64,000 nt of DNA, taken from Candidatus Poseidoniaceae archaeon. Its GTDB lineage: Archaea; Thermoplasmatota; Poseidoniia; Poseidoniales; Poseidoniaceae. Position numbers and translations under genes: made by a program. The notes under the pieces were generated by a model. The model did no database searches, was not told where the DNA came from, and saw only the letters and a program-made list of their open reading frames with translations. Positions 16,571-25,532 of the stretch are shown here, one piece after another. The stretch is from NCBI GenBank assembly GCA_030747785.1, contig JASLKC010000014.1:35873-99872 (forward strand). Reading direction: 5' to 3'. The first letter of the stretch is position 1. The number at the start of each line of letters is the position of its first letter.

Positions 16571-19375
16571 ATGTCGGGAGGATACAGACAGCAACCAGGG
16601 GCTGGGACCTCCGAAAAGCGAGTCGATGGAAAGAGGGTTGCTGGAAAGCAGACCTTCTCCCCGCCGGGTTCTGGTGGTTCAAGGCCAAATATGGCTGAAC
16701 GTGATCTCGATTATATCCCAGAGACGGAAGGAGGGCGTGAGAAACAGCCAGCAGGAGCTCATATTCATGATAGTGCTCGTACTGGAACTATTGTTGGAAA
16801 GAGAACGCCGCTTGTCGATGGAAATGCCAAGGTTACGGGACAGGCTTGGTATGGTGATGATGTACGTCTTCCAGGTGAAATAATTGGGCGCATAGTTCGC
16901 TCACCACACCATTATGCAAAGGTCAAATCGGTTGACACCAGTGCTGCTGAAGCATTACCGGGCGTATTAGCAGTTGCAACAGGTGCCGATGCTCCTACCA
17001 GTTTTGGAGTTCTTCCTGTAACAAAAGATGAACATGCAATGGCAGTTGAGAAGGTTCGACATGTAGGGGACTTAGTTGCGTGTGTCGCAGCGGTAGATGA
17101 AGCTACAGCAAGAGAAGCAGCAGCCTTAATCAATGTCGAATATGAGGTGCTAGACTCGATTCACGATATGCGCAAGGGCCTAGAGGATGTGGATGAACCA
17201 ATCCATTGGAGAGGCCAATATCATGTAGGGAACACAAATGTTCAGAAGCGCGTTTTCCAAGAATTCGGCGACCGTTCGATGGTTGAAAATCCAACGGCAA
17301 TGCACAATGGGAAATGGAAATTCAAGGGAGTAAACCATGGCTTCACCGAGCCTCATGCCGTCGTTGCACATTGGGACTCAAATGGCCGTCTTCAACTCTA
17401 TACTCCTCAGCAAGTACCTCATTATGCCCACCGAGCATTAGCTACAGTACTCGATGTACCAATGCATCAAGTCAATGTGATTCGAACCTTTGTAGGTGGA
17501 GGATTCGGCGGTAAGTCCGACCCATTCCCTCATGAGATGTGTGCAGCAATATTGGCGCGAAAATCAGGAAAGCCAGTACGAATTACATTTGACCGAGAAG
17601 AGGTATTCTGGGTTAACCGTGGGCGCCACCCTAGCCTTATCGAAGTCCAGATGTATGCTGATGAGGATGCACGAATATCTGGATTCGATATCGATGCCCT
17701 AATCGATGGTGGAGGATTTGCCTCTTTTGGCCATGTCACTTCATACTACAACGGAGTTCTAGCAACTGCACCATATGAGTTGGGAAGTTTCTATTATACT
17801 GGGGCAAGGGTTTGGACTAACAAACCAGCAAGTGGCGCTATGAGGGGCCATGGTGCCGTGAATACTCGTTGTGCAATCGAGGTTGGACTCGATGATATGG
17901 CTGAACAATTACAGGTTGATCCAATCGATCTACGCTTGGCAAATCTACTACCTCCCAATTCTAGTACAATTACTGGATTCCGTATTACTTCAAATGGAAT
18001 GCGTCAAGCATTGCACGAAGTTCGTAGACAGTCAAATTGGCATGAAAAATTCCGAAAGATGCCACTTGGAAAAGGCATCGGAATTGGTTGTGGCTTCTTC
18101 ATTTCAGGTTCAGGTTTACCAATCCATTGGGACCCACACAATTTCCCTCACGCTACTGTTCATATTCAGGTTGACATGGACGGTGGAGTAACAGTACACA
18201 CAGGCGCCGCTGAAATTGGCCAGGGTTCTACTACTGTAATTGCCCAAGTCGTGGCTGAAGTCCTAGCCTTACCGATTGAAATGATTCACGTCCGTAGTCA
18301 TGAGAGCGATACCAGCCCAGTTGACCTTGGATCTTATTCTTCTCGTGTTACTTTCATGAATGCAAATGCAGCAATACGTGCTGCACTTGAAATCAAGGAT
18401 GAGTTGCTAGTAGCAGCGTGTGAAATTCTTGGTGACCAATCTGAAAAATTAATTCTAAATGATCGCAGAATCTACTGCAAGCACGACCCAGCAATTGGTA
18501 TTTCATACCTAGAGGCTTTGCACAAAGCCCAGGAGGATAAGGGTGCTCTAATCGCTACCGGTGCATATCGAAGCCCTCCAATGGGTGGTGTGCACAAAGG
18601 CGCTGCTGCTGGCTTAGCACCAGCATATTCGTTTTCAGCATATGTAGCAGAAGTAGAGGTAGATATTGAAACAGGTTTAATCTCATGTACTGATGTTTGG
18701 GCTGCTCATGATTGTGGAAAAGCCCTCAATCCCTTAGCCGTTGAAGGCCAAATTATCGGCTCATGCCACATGGGTCTTGGTCAGGTTCTTTCCGAGCAAA
18801 TGGTGTATGGTCGGACCGGACATTTACAGAATGCAAATCTATTGGATTACAAAATTCCAAGTGTACATGAGATGCCAAATGTAACTCCCATCCTCATTGA
18901 ATCATGCGACCCGGAGGGGCCATTCGGTGCAAAAGAAGCAGGTGAGGGGCCACTTCTTCCAATTCTTCCAGCTGTTGTCAATGCAGTTTATGATGCGATT
19001 GGAATTCGAATCAATGACCTTCCATTGACTCCTGACAAGGTATGGGCAGCCATTGCGAAGAAAATGAAACTCGATGGTATTGATGACCCTGAAACTCTAC
19101 CTACTCCTCGGCTTGACCTCTCGCCATTACAAGATAAGTTACTAGCTCGTGCAGAAGTCCATGAGACTAGAGATAAGAGGCGTCAAAAGTTGGAGGATAT
19201 CGATGCATATGCTAACGGAGTTCTATTCGGCCTCGATTCAAATCTCCTCCTTGAATATCAGGCAGAAGGTTGGGTTGCATCTACAAAACCGACTCCAGAA
19301 CAATTAGCAGAACTAGGTCTTGCTGGAACGGCTTGGCTCAAGAAAGAGCAACGTAAAATTGGAGGCGATAATTGA
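16571..19375 (+). CDS. hcrA: Mo-hydroxylase large molybdopterin subunit, 4-hydroxybenzoyl-CoA reductase alpha-like
   Basis: GGGFGGK, GAMRGHG, EIGQGS, GSYSSR, GPFGAKEAGEG; start moved to ATG 16571, just after the hcrC stop. Confidence 0.8.
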   Translation: MSGGYRQQPGAGTSEKRVDGKRVAGKQTFSPPGSGGSRPNMAERDLDYIPETEGGREKQPAGAHIHDSARTGTIVGKRTPLVDGNAKVTGQAWYGDDVRLPGEIIGRIVRSPHHYAKVKSVDTSAAEALPGVLAVATGADAPTSFGVLPVTKDEHAMAVEKVRHVGDLVACVAAVDEATAREAAALINVEYEVLDSIHDMRKGLEDVDEPIHWRGQYHVGNTNVQKRVFQEFGDRSMVENPTAMHNGKWKFKGVNHGFTEPHAVVAHWDSNGRLQLYTPQQVPHYAHRALATVLDVPMHQVNVIRTFVGGGFGGKSDPFPHEMCAAILARKSGKPVRITFDREEVFWVNRGRHPSLIEVQMYADEDARISGFDIDALIDGGGFASFGHVTSYYNGVLATAPYELGSFYYTGARVWTNKPASGAMRGHGAVNTRCAIEVGLDDMAEQLQVDPIDLRLANLLPPNSSTITGFRITSNGMRQALHEVRRQSNWHEKFRKMPLGKGIGIGCGFFISGSGLPIHWDPHNFPHATVHIQVDMDGGVTVHTGAAEIGQGSTTVIAQVVAEVLALPIEMIHVRSHESDTSPVDLGSYSSRVTFMNANAAIRAALEIKDELLVAACEILGDQSEKLILNDRRIYCKHDPAIGISYLEALHKAQEDKGALIATGAYRSPPMGGVHKGAAAGLAPAYSFSAYVAEVEVDIETGLISCTDVWAAHDCGKALNPLAVEGQIIGSCHMGLGQVLSEQMVYGRTGHLQNANLLDYKIPSVHEMPNVTPILIESCDPEGPFGAKEAGEGPLLPILPAVVNAVYDAIGIRINDLPLTPDKVWAAIAKKMKLDGIDDPETLPTPRLDLSPLQDKLLARAEVHETRDKRRQKLEDIDAYANGVLFGLDSNLLLEYQAEGWVASTKPTPEQLAELGLAGTAWLKKEQRKIGGDN

Positions 19376-20316
19376 TGTTGATGCCTCCGTTTGAACTTCA
19401 CAATCCTGCTTCTGTTGAGGAGGCTTGCGCCATTGCTGCTAAGTTATTATCTGCTGGCGAGGAATTCGATTGGATTGCTGGAGGTACTGATCTCATTCCA
19501 AATTACAAGTGGCACATCAATACAAAACCGCATGTGATATCCCTTGTTGGATTGGATGCGTCAACGATTTCTATGACCGAAATTGGTTGTATGGCAAGAC
19601 TCCAAGATATCGCAGAAAGTGGTGATGCACATCCACTAATCTCAATGGCCGCAGGTAAGGTTGCATCATCGCTCATCCGCCGTAGTGCAACCTTAGGGGG
19701 AAATCTTTGTCTCGATACACGATGTTTCTGGTTCAATCAAACCGAAGAGTGGAGATCTAGTATTGATTGGTGTCACAAATGCGATTGTGGCACAGGTGCT
19801 GATTGTAGAGTCATTCCAAATCAGAATGAACTCTGTGTTGCTACCTACCAAGGTGACCTAGCGCCTGCTCTGATGGTACTGGATGCTACAATCCATTTAA
19901 TCGGACCAGAAGGCGGAAGAGAAATGCTCCTTCATGATTTTTTCAAACTCGACGGGATGACGAGAAATGTGCTAAGGCCAGGAGAGTTCGTCCTCAAAAT
20001 CACCTTCCCTGATGACGCAGGACAGTATACAGGCTCTTATCAAAAACTCAGAGTTCGTGAATCTTGGGACTTCCCTGAAGCTGGAGTTGCAGCAGCATGG
20101 AAGGATGGAGATAGAAGTACGCTTAGACTTGCAACAACTGCTTTGGAAAGCATTCCACGTAGGCATGATGAACAGGTTGCAGAATCTGCAGGAGACATCA
20201 AAGCGCTTGCTGACGCGGTTTACAAAGAGGTAAAGCCTGTGAACAATACCGCTCTTCCACCAAGGTACAGACGTAACATGCTGAAGGTGCTAATCAAGAG
20301 GGCTTGTAAGGAGTGA
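19372..20316 (+). CDS. hcrB: Mo-hydroxylase FAD subunit with [4Fe-4S] insertion (HcrB-like)
   Basis: IAGGTDL, ATLGGNLCLDTRC..NQ..WR...C..C...C.ATYQGDLAPALMVLDA, DFP; the Cys-rich insert matches the HcrB type. Confidence 0.8.
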   Translation: MMLMPPFELHNPASVEEACAIAAKLLSAGEEFDWIAGGTDLIPNYKWHINTKPHVISLVGLDASTISMTEIGCMARLQDIAESGDAHPLISMAAGKVASSLIRRSATLGGNLCLDTRCFWFNQTEEWRSSIDWCHKCDCGTGADCRVIPNQNELCVATYQGDLAPALMVLDATIHLIGPEGGREMLLHDFFKLDGMTRNVLRPGEFVLKITFPDDAGQYTGSYQKLRVRESWDFPEAGVAAAWKDGDRSTLRLATTALESIPRRHDEQVAESAGDIKALADAVYKEVKPVNNTALPPRYRRNMLKVLIKRACKE

Positions 20317-21260
20317 TTAATGTGAAGCGAATTCTGTGTGCTCTTTTTGTTTTGTCCTTTTTGGCAGTGCCCTTGTCGAGCGCGCAAGTAGAGGCGCCTG
20401 AATGGAATATCGGATGGGAAACCGAGGAGAGTCCAGTGATAATGCAACTCGATGAGGATCACGACTTTGAGTTAACAATAATATTCTGGGTTTCGAACTC
20501 GCGACCCACTCCAATTGACCTAGAATTTGAGGTCACAGGAGTAGATGATTTTGAAGTTGATGACCCCGGGAAAATCACCGTCGATGCTAATTCTAATGAA
20601 ACAATGAACCTGATAATTTCCGGTAGTGGAGTTGATTCAAATGGCGACTTGTATTCAGCGGATTCCATCTATGCTACTCTTTCACTGAAAGCAATCCAGT
20701 TGGTTGCTGAGCAGAATGTGGGTGAAGATGAAATCGATAGAGATTTACAATTCTCAACGGTTCATGACTTGGTAGTCACAGTAATGCCTGTAGAAGGATC
20801 ATCAAGTGTTACGGTAAAGGCTGGTACAAGTGAAAGCTTACTCGTAAAGGTCGAAAACACAGGAAATAGCGCTGATGCAATTGCCGATGCAAGCGCGAAT
20901 TTTCGAGGATGCCCACAGATGGGATCAGAATTCACCTCAGAAATGAGCAATGTTAGCATTGGCCTCTCCGCTTCTGTGGAGGGTGGTCTCAAGATAATGG
21001 CGTCCTCAAGTCACCATGAGAAAGCATGTACTCTCGTGGTTTCGGTTGTGAGTGAAGGTTCCGGCAAGGTTAGTACTTCAGAATTGGAATTCCAAGTTAA
21101 ATCACCTGAAGCAGATGACCCTAATGATGATGCTAGCGATGGCAACTCGAATGGAAGTATTTCCAACTATGATGTGGAGTCAAGTTCGCTTCCTGCACCT
21201 TCTCTAGTTGCAGGCCTATTGTGTGTAATTTTCGCTGCAATTTTTCGTAGAGATTATTGA
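20313..21260 (+). CDS. Secreted Ig-like/beta-rich surface protein with C-terminal anchor
   Basis: Signal peptide, VENTGN-type strands, acidic linker, LPAPS + TM + RR C-terminus. Confidence 0.7.
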   Translation: MINVKRILCALFVLSFLAVPLSSAQVEAPEWNIGWETEESPVIMQLDEDHDFELTIIFWVSNSRPTPIDLEFEVTGVDDFEVDDPGKITVDANSNETMNLIISGSGVDSNGDLYSADSIYATLSLKAIQLVAEQNVGEDEIDRDLQFSTVHDLVVTVMPVEGSSSVTVKAGTSESLLVKVENTGNSADAIADASANFRGCPQMGSEFTSEMSNVSIGLSASVEGGLKIMASSSHHEKACTLVVSVVSEGSGKVSTSELEFQVKSPEADDPNDDASDGNSNGSISNYDVESSSLPAPSLVAGLLCVIFAAIFRRDY

Positions 21261-21409
21261 CTACTGTTAGAAAACATAGTAGATGATATTCCTAATATCG
21301 GTATGATACTCAATATTACCCCCCAATCATACTTAGAGAACCTATATGAGTGTAGCAAAGATGCGACGAATGCTGCGTTGTTGCGTACGCCGTATTGGAG
21401 TTGAAGAAA

Positions 21410-22990
21410 ATGGCAGACACAGAGGCAGAGGGCATCAAGCTCGAGACCTGGTTGCTCATTGGATTCGTCGTGGCTCTATTGCTTTCAACTTCTGTAATAG
21501 TCATTACATCCATGGGTAAAGATACCGTGTTCTCTGCCTATGTGACTGATTCGGAAAATGAGAACCTCCAATTCCAACAAATCTCTACCATGAGAACCGA
21601 CTTAGGTTCGGGTGATGGCGGCATGGGATATGATGTTGCAAATACGATGTCAACACCAATGCTGGTAAATGATTGGAGAGAGCCTCACCGCACAATGTTG
21701 GTAATCGCAGCTCCAGAGAAACCATTTGATAGCGCAGAGGCAAATGCAATTCACGAGTTCGTAACTGAGAAAGGTGGAAAGGTAATCATTGCTTCTAATT
21801 CAACAAATGCACAGACTGTCGCAGCAGAATTCGGCGTCAAATTCTTTGATTCACAAGTTGTCGACCAATACCGTTACTACGAGGTCGCAAAGCAAACTGG
21901 TGAGGTTCAACCCGATGACCATCGTAGACTCTGGACTGTTGCAGGTGTCAACAAAGTTTGGACTGATGATAATGAAAACCGAGCGCCATGTAGCGAAGAC
22001 GACATACGCAATGACAGAGTTGACAATTGCGCAATGCCCGTACTATTCCACCGTCCTACTGCAGTTCAGGTTCTAGACCAAGAAGATTCTACACGTAATG
22101 TGAAAGTACTCGCTCATGCATCTACCTCAGCATTCCTTGCTACAGTAGATATGGATGTTAACAATAATTTGAACGACCCACTCGGTGGAAATAATACCGG
22201 ATTGATTGTCCGAATGGATTATCCAGGTATCGAAGTAATTGACCGTGTAAAGGGTGATCGTGAAGGTCAAGTTTCAGTTACTGGAAGCATTGTATTCGTT
22301 TCAGACCATTCCGTATTTGCAAACCATCTATGGGACCTTGCTGATGCAGAGGTTACAGGTAAGCAGCAATGCACGTCCGATTTGTATACTGACCATGATT
22401 GCTGGGATGACATTTTATCCAATCAAGCAGGTGATACTTCTTGGCATGGAAACGGATTGTACTTCATGGCTTTGATGCGAGATATGATGGAAATCGAGAA
22501 TGAAGAGATCTCGAATACTATTACTCGTCACAATGAAAATTTCTACATTGTTTTCGATGAATCCCGTCACGTGACTTCAGCAATGTCTTCTCCATTCACT
22601 GAGGCGATGGGAGCAATCGTAATGCTAACCAGCGATACAATGCTGAAGTGGCTAATCGTACTCAACTTGATGGCGCTACTATCCATCGCCATAATGGTGG
22701 TACCAGAGAAGGAAAATTGGCGCCATGTTTTCGACCTCACTAGATTTAGAGAAAGACCGAATAAGGTCGATCCTCAAGATTATTTGAAACGTGTAAGAGA
22801 ATCACTGATGAGCAAGGTTAGACAATTCCATGACCTTACTCGAGATGAAATGGCACGTAAGACGCCAAGCGAGATCCAGACAATGGTCAGGGACCCTCGC
22901 CTCATTGAACTGCTGTACAGCCAGCAGAGATCCTATTCCAACGAAGAACTGAGGCAATTATTGCAGCAGATTCGACGTTGGGGAAAATGA
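21410..22990 (+). CDS. DUF4350-like membrane-anchored protein
   Basis: N-terminal TM, IAAPEKPF...EFVTEKGGKVIIAS, FVSDHSVFAN, VFDESRH, second TM; upstream of moxR. Confidence 0.7.
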   Translation: MADTEAEGIKLETWLLIGFVVALLLSTSVIVITSMGKDTVFSAYVTDSENENLQFQQISTMRTDLGSGDGGMGYDVANTMSTPMLVNDWREPHRTMLVIAAPEKPFDSAEANAIHEFVTEKGGKVIIASNSTNAQTVAAEFGVKFFDSQVVDQYRYYEVAKQTGEVQPDDHRRLWTVAGVNKVWTDDNENRAPCSEDDIRNDRVDNCAMPVLFHRPTAVQVLDQEDSTRNVKVLAHASTSAFLATVDMDVNNNLNDPLGGNNTGLIVRMDYPGIEVIDRVKGDREGQVSVTGSIVFVSDHSVFANHLWDLADAEVTGKQQCTSDLYTDHDCWDDILSNQAGDTSWHGNGLYFMALMRDMMEIENEEISNTITRHNENFYIVFDESRHVTSAMSSPFTEAMGAIVMLTSDTMLKWLIVLNLMALLSIAIMVVPEKENWRHVFDLTRFRERPNKVDPQDYLKRVRESLMSKVRQFHDLTRDEMARKTPSEIQTMVRDPRLIELLYSQQRSYSNEELRQLLQQIRRWGK

Positions 22991-23010
22991 CAACTAAGGA
23001 GGAAACAGAC

Positions 23011-23190
23011 ATGCAACCACCAGCCCCCCCCGCAGCCCCACCTGCACCGGCCCCAGCGCCTGTAGCACCGCCTGCACCGGCACCGGCACCACCAGCACCA
23101 GCACCAGTAGCGCCTCAAGCGCCAGCTATGCCTGCTGCACCTGCCCCTGCCCCAGCAGCGCCTGCCCCAGCGCCGGCCCCTGCAGCCCAG
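23011..23190 (+). repeat. Low-complexity Pro/Ala coding repeat (PAPAP-type)
   Basis: Degenerate cca/cct/ccg-gca/gcc/gcg tandem encoding about 60 aa of almost only P and A. Confidence 0.85.
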
Positions 23191-24168
23191 CCCAAACATC
23201 AGAGCACCCCCGAAGTGCGAGAACGCCTTGCAGCAGTCGGTGCGATTGCTCAAGCGATCAGCGCCGAAGTTCAGAAAGTGATTATTGGAAAAGCACACGT
23301 CATCGACAATGTGCTAATCAATATCCTCTCGAATGGAAACCTGCTCTTCGAGGATTACCCTGGTTTGGCAAAGACCCTGATGACCAACACCTTCGCAGAT
23401 GCGTTGGGTTGTGATTTCAAGCGTGTGCAGTTCACACCTGACCTGCTACCAGCTGACATCACCGGTACGAACATCTATGACGCAAAGAAGGGAGAATTTA
23501 CCTTCAAGCCAGGACCGCTATTCTGCAACCTGCTACTTGCTGACGAGATTAACCGTGCTCCACCAAAGACTCAAGCAGCTTTGCTTGAGGCTATGCAGGA
23601 GAAGCAGGTTACCATCGGTACTGTCACCCACAAACTCCCAGCCCCGTTCATTGTTATGGCAACTCAGAACCCTGTCGAGCAGGAGGGTACATACCCACTG
23701 CCTGAAGCACAACTGGACCGTTTCATGTTCAAGATGAGCGTTGGATACCCAGACCGTGCAGATGAAGACGAGATTCTCCGCCGACGTATCGTTCGTGGTA
23801 AGGATGCAGTCGATGTCGACGTCATCACCGACCCACAACGTGTTATTGCTATGCAGCAGGCTTGTGAAGACATCTATGTCGACCCAGCCCTACGTATGTA
23901 CATGGTCGAGGTTGTTACCCGAACTCGTGAGGACCCACGTGTCCTCGTCGGTTCTTCGCCTCGTGGTTCTCAGGCTCTCCTGAAGACCAGCCGTGCAGCA
24001 GCAGCACTTCGTGGACGCGATTTCGTCACACCTGATGACATCAAGTCCATTGCAGAACTAGCACTTGCACACAGGTTAATCCTGAAGCCAGAACACCAGA
24101 TCAAGGGACTTGAATCCGGAGAAGTCATTCAGACTATTCTACGTGAAGTTCCAGTACCAACAGTCTGA
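23011..24168 (+). CDS. moxR: MoxR family AAA+ ATPase with Pro/Ala-rich N-terminal tail
   Basis: EDYPGLAKT, RVQFTPDLLPADITG, LADEINRAPPKTQAALLEAMQE, ATQNPVEQEGTYPLPEAQLDRF, SPRG; SD AAGGAGG before ATG 23011 (alternative start 22987). Confidence 0.95.
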   Translation: MQPPAPPAAPPAPAPAPVAPPAPAPAPPAPAPVAPQAPAMPAAPAPAPAAPAPAPAPAAQPKHQSTPEVRERLAAVGAIAQAISAEVQKVIIGKAHVIDNVLINILSNGNLLFEDYPGLAKTLMTNTFADALGCDFKRVQFTPDLLPADITGTNIYDAKKGEFTFKPGPLFCNLLLADEINRAPPKTQAALLEAMQEKQVTIGTVTHKLPAPFIVMATQNPVEQEGTYPLPEAQLDRFMFKMSVGYPDRADEDEILRRRIVRGKDAVDVDVITDPQRVIAMQQACEDIYVDPALRMYMVEVVTRTREDPRVLVGSSPRGSQALLKTSRAAAALRGRDFVTPDDIKSIAELALAHRLILKPEHQIKGLESGEVIQTILREVPVPTV

Positions 24169-24209
24169 ATTTCAGATATTATTGATGAGAAAAGGAGAGG
24201 TGCGTTAGC

Positions 24210-25523
24210 ATGTGGAGTCGGAAAAGCGCTATGCTGGGAAGTTTAGCAGTGGCCATGTATTTACTTGGTCTTACACTGCGAAATTCTCAGTTGGTAACCA
24301 TTGCTGTGGTTATCTTCGTTTTCCTCACATGGGCCGCACTCTTCGGCAGTCACGCCGATGTCGCTTCTAGTGGCAGGCGAGCCGAAGAGTGGACCGGTGA
24401 GGAAGGAGTGTCATTATCCAATGTCTCTGCAATGCGCAAACTGTCAACTGCTCGAGTCTTTGAAGATGGTGAGGTCGGTGTAACTCTGCGAATGCAGAAT
24501 CATTCAGCACTTGCTAAGATTCTCGAGGTACGTGACCGTGTTCCAGAAGTAATGCGCATCAAGGAAGGTGCGAACTATATTCTGATGGAATTAGGTCCTC
24601 GTCGTGAAACCTTCATCGAATACACTGCCGAATGTCCTCTCAGAGGATTCTACAGTCTTGGACCGGTGGCTGTCCGTGTCCAGGATCCCTTCGGATTATT
24701 TCACAAGGAAAAGGAATTGCATGTCTACAACGACTTCCTTGTGTTCCCGAAGATGGAAGACCTCAAAGAAACATTCGTCAAATCCCGTGTTCCGAAGATT
24801 TTCACTGGTGCTGTAAACATCCGTCAACCCGGACCGGGTTCAGAGTTTTACTCACTACGTGAGTACTTTGATGGTGACTCTTTCCGTTCAATCAATTGGA
24901 ATGCATATGCCCGAAGTGGTAAGCTAATGGTCAACGAAAGAGAGAGAGACGCTGTAAGCGACATCATCTTGATTGTCGATTCACGTGCTGTTTCTGAAAC
25001 TGGACCGGTTTCACGAAATGCATTGGTATACTCTACTCGTGCTGCAGCTAGTCTTGCAAAGTACTTCCTTAGCCGACGTGACTCAGTGGGTCTAATCACC
25101 TATGGAGATGAAGTCGTTTCTGTTGACCGAGATACTGGTAAGAAGCAATTGTATGTGCTATTAACAAAACTCGCAGGTGCGATGGCTCGTGGAAACATTC
25201 CACTCCAAGTAGTCGTCAATCGCATCTTGCCTCACATCAACAAAGGTAGCCCAATCATAGTGCTATCAAACCTTGAGGATGATCCAACTATCATTACTGC
25301 ACTACGAGACTTCCGTGCTCGTAACTTTGACGTAACGGTTCTTTCACCTTCAAGTCTTGAGTTTGAATTCGACGCAAAGCGTCTTGATCGAACTGGATAT
25401 GAAGTATTGAAGACCGAAAGAGACGTTGTAATCAGCGAACTGAGAGGTCTTGGAGTGAATATTATGGATTGGGAGCCCGACATGCTCCTATCGACCGCAC
25501 TGGCAGGAGCCAGAGGATTCTGA
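24210..25523 (+). CDS. DUF58 (vWA-related) protein, MoxR partner
   Basis: DPFGLF, LVFP, EFYSLREYFDGDSFRSINWNAYAR, LMVNE, RDSVGL. Confidence 0.9.
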   Translation: MWSRKSAMLGSLAVAMYLLGLTLRNSQLVTIAVVIFVFLTWAALFGSHADVASSGRRAEEWTGEEGVSLSNVSAMRKLSTARVFEDGEVGVTLRMQNHSALAKILEVRDRVPEVMRIKEGANYILMELGPRRETFIEYTAECPLRGFYSLGPVAVRVQDPFGLFHKEKELHVYNDFLVFPKMEDLKETFVKSRVPKIFTGAVNIRQPGPGSEFYSLREYFDGDSFRSINWNAYARSGKLMVNERERDAVSDIILIVDSRAVSETGPVSRNALVYSTRAAASLAKYFLSRRDSVGLITYGDEVVSVDRDTGKKQLYVLLTKLAGAMARGNIPLQVVVNRILPHINKGSPIIVLSNLEDDPTIITALRDFRARNFDVTVLSPSSLEFEFDAKRLDRTGYEVLKTERDVVISELRGLGVNIMDWEPDMLLSTALAGARGF

Positions 25524-25532
25524 GGTGATTTA

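Noticed and set aside
16571..19375. Aerobic CO dehydrogenase (coxSLM) call
   Set aside because: The active-site loop is GAMRGHG, not AYxCSFR or AYRGAGR, and the FAD subunit has an HcrB-type Cys insert
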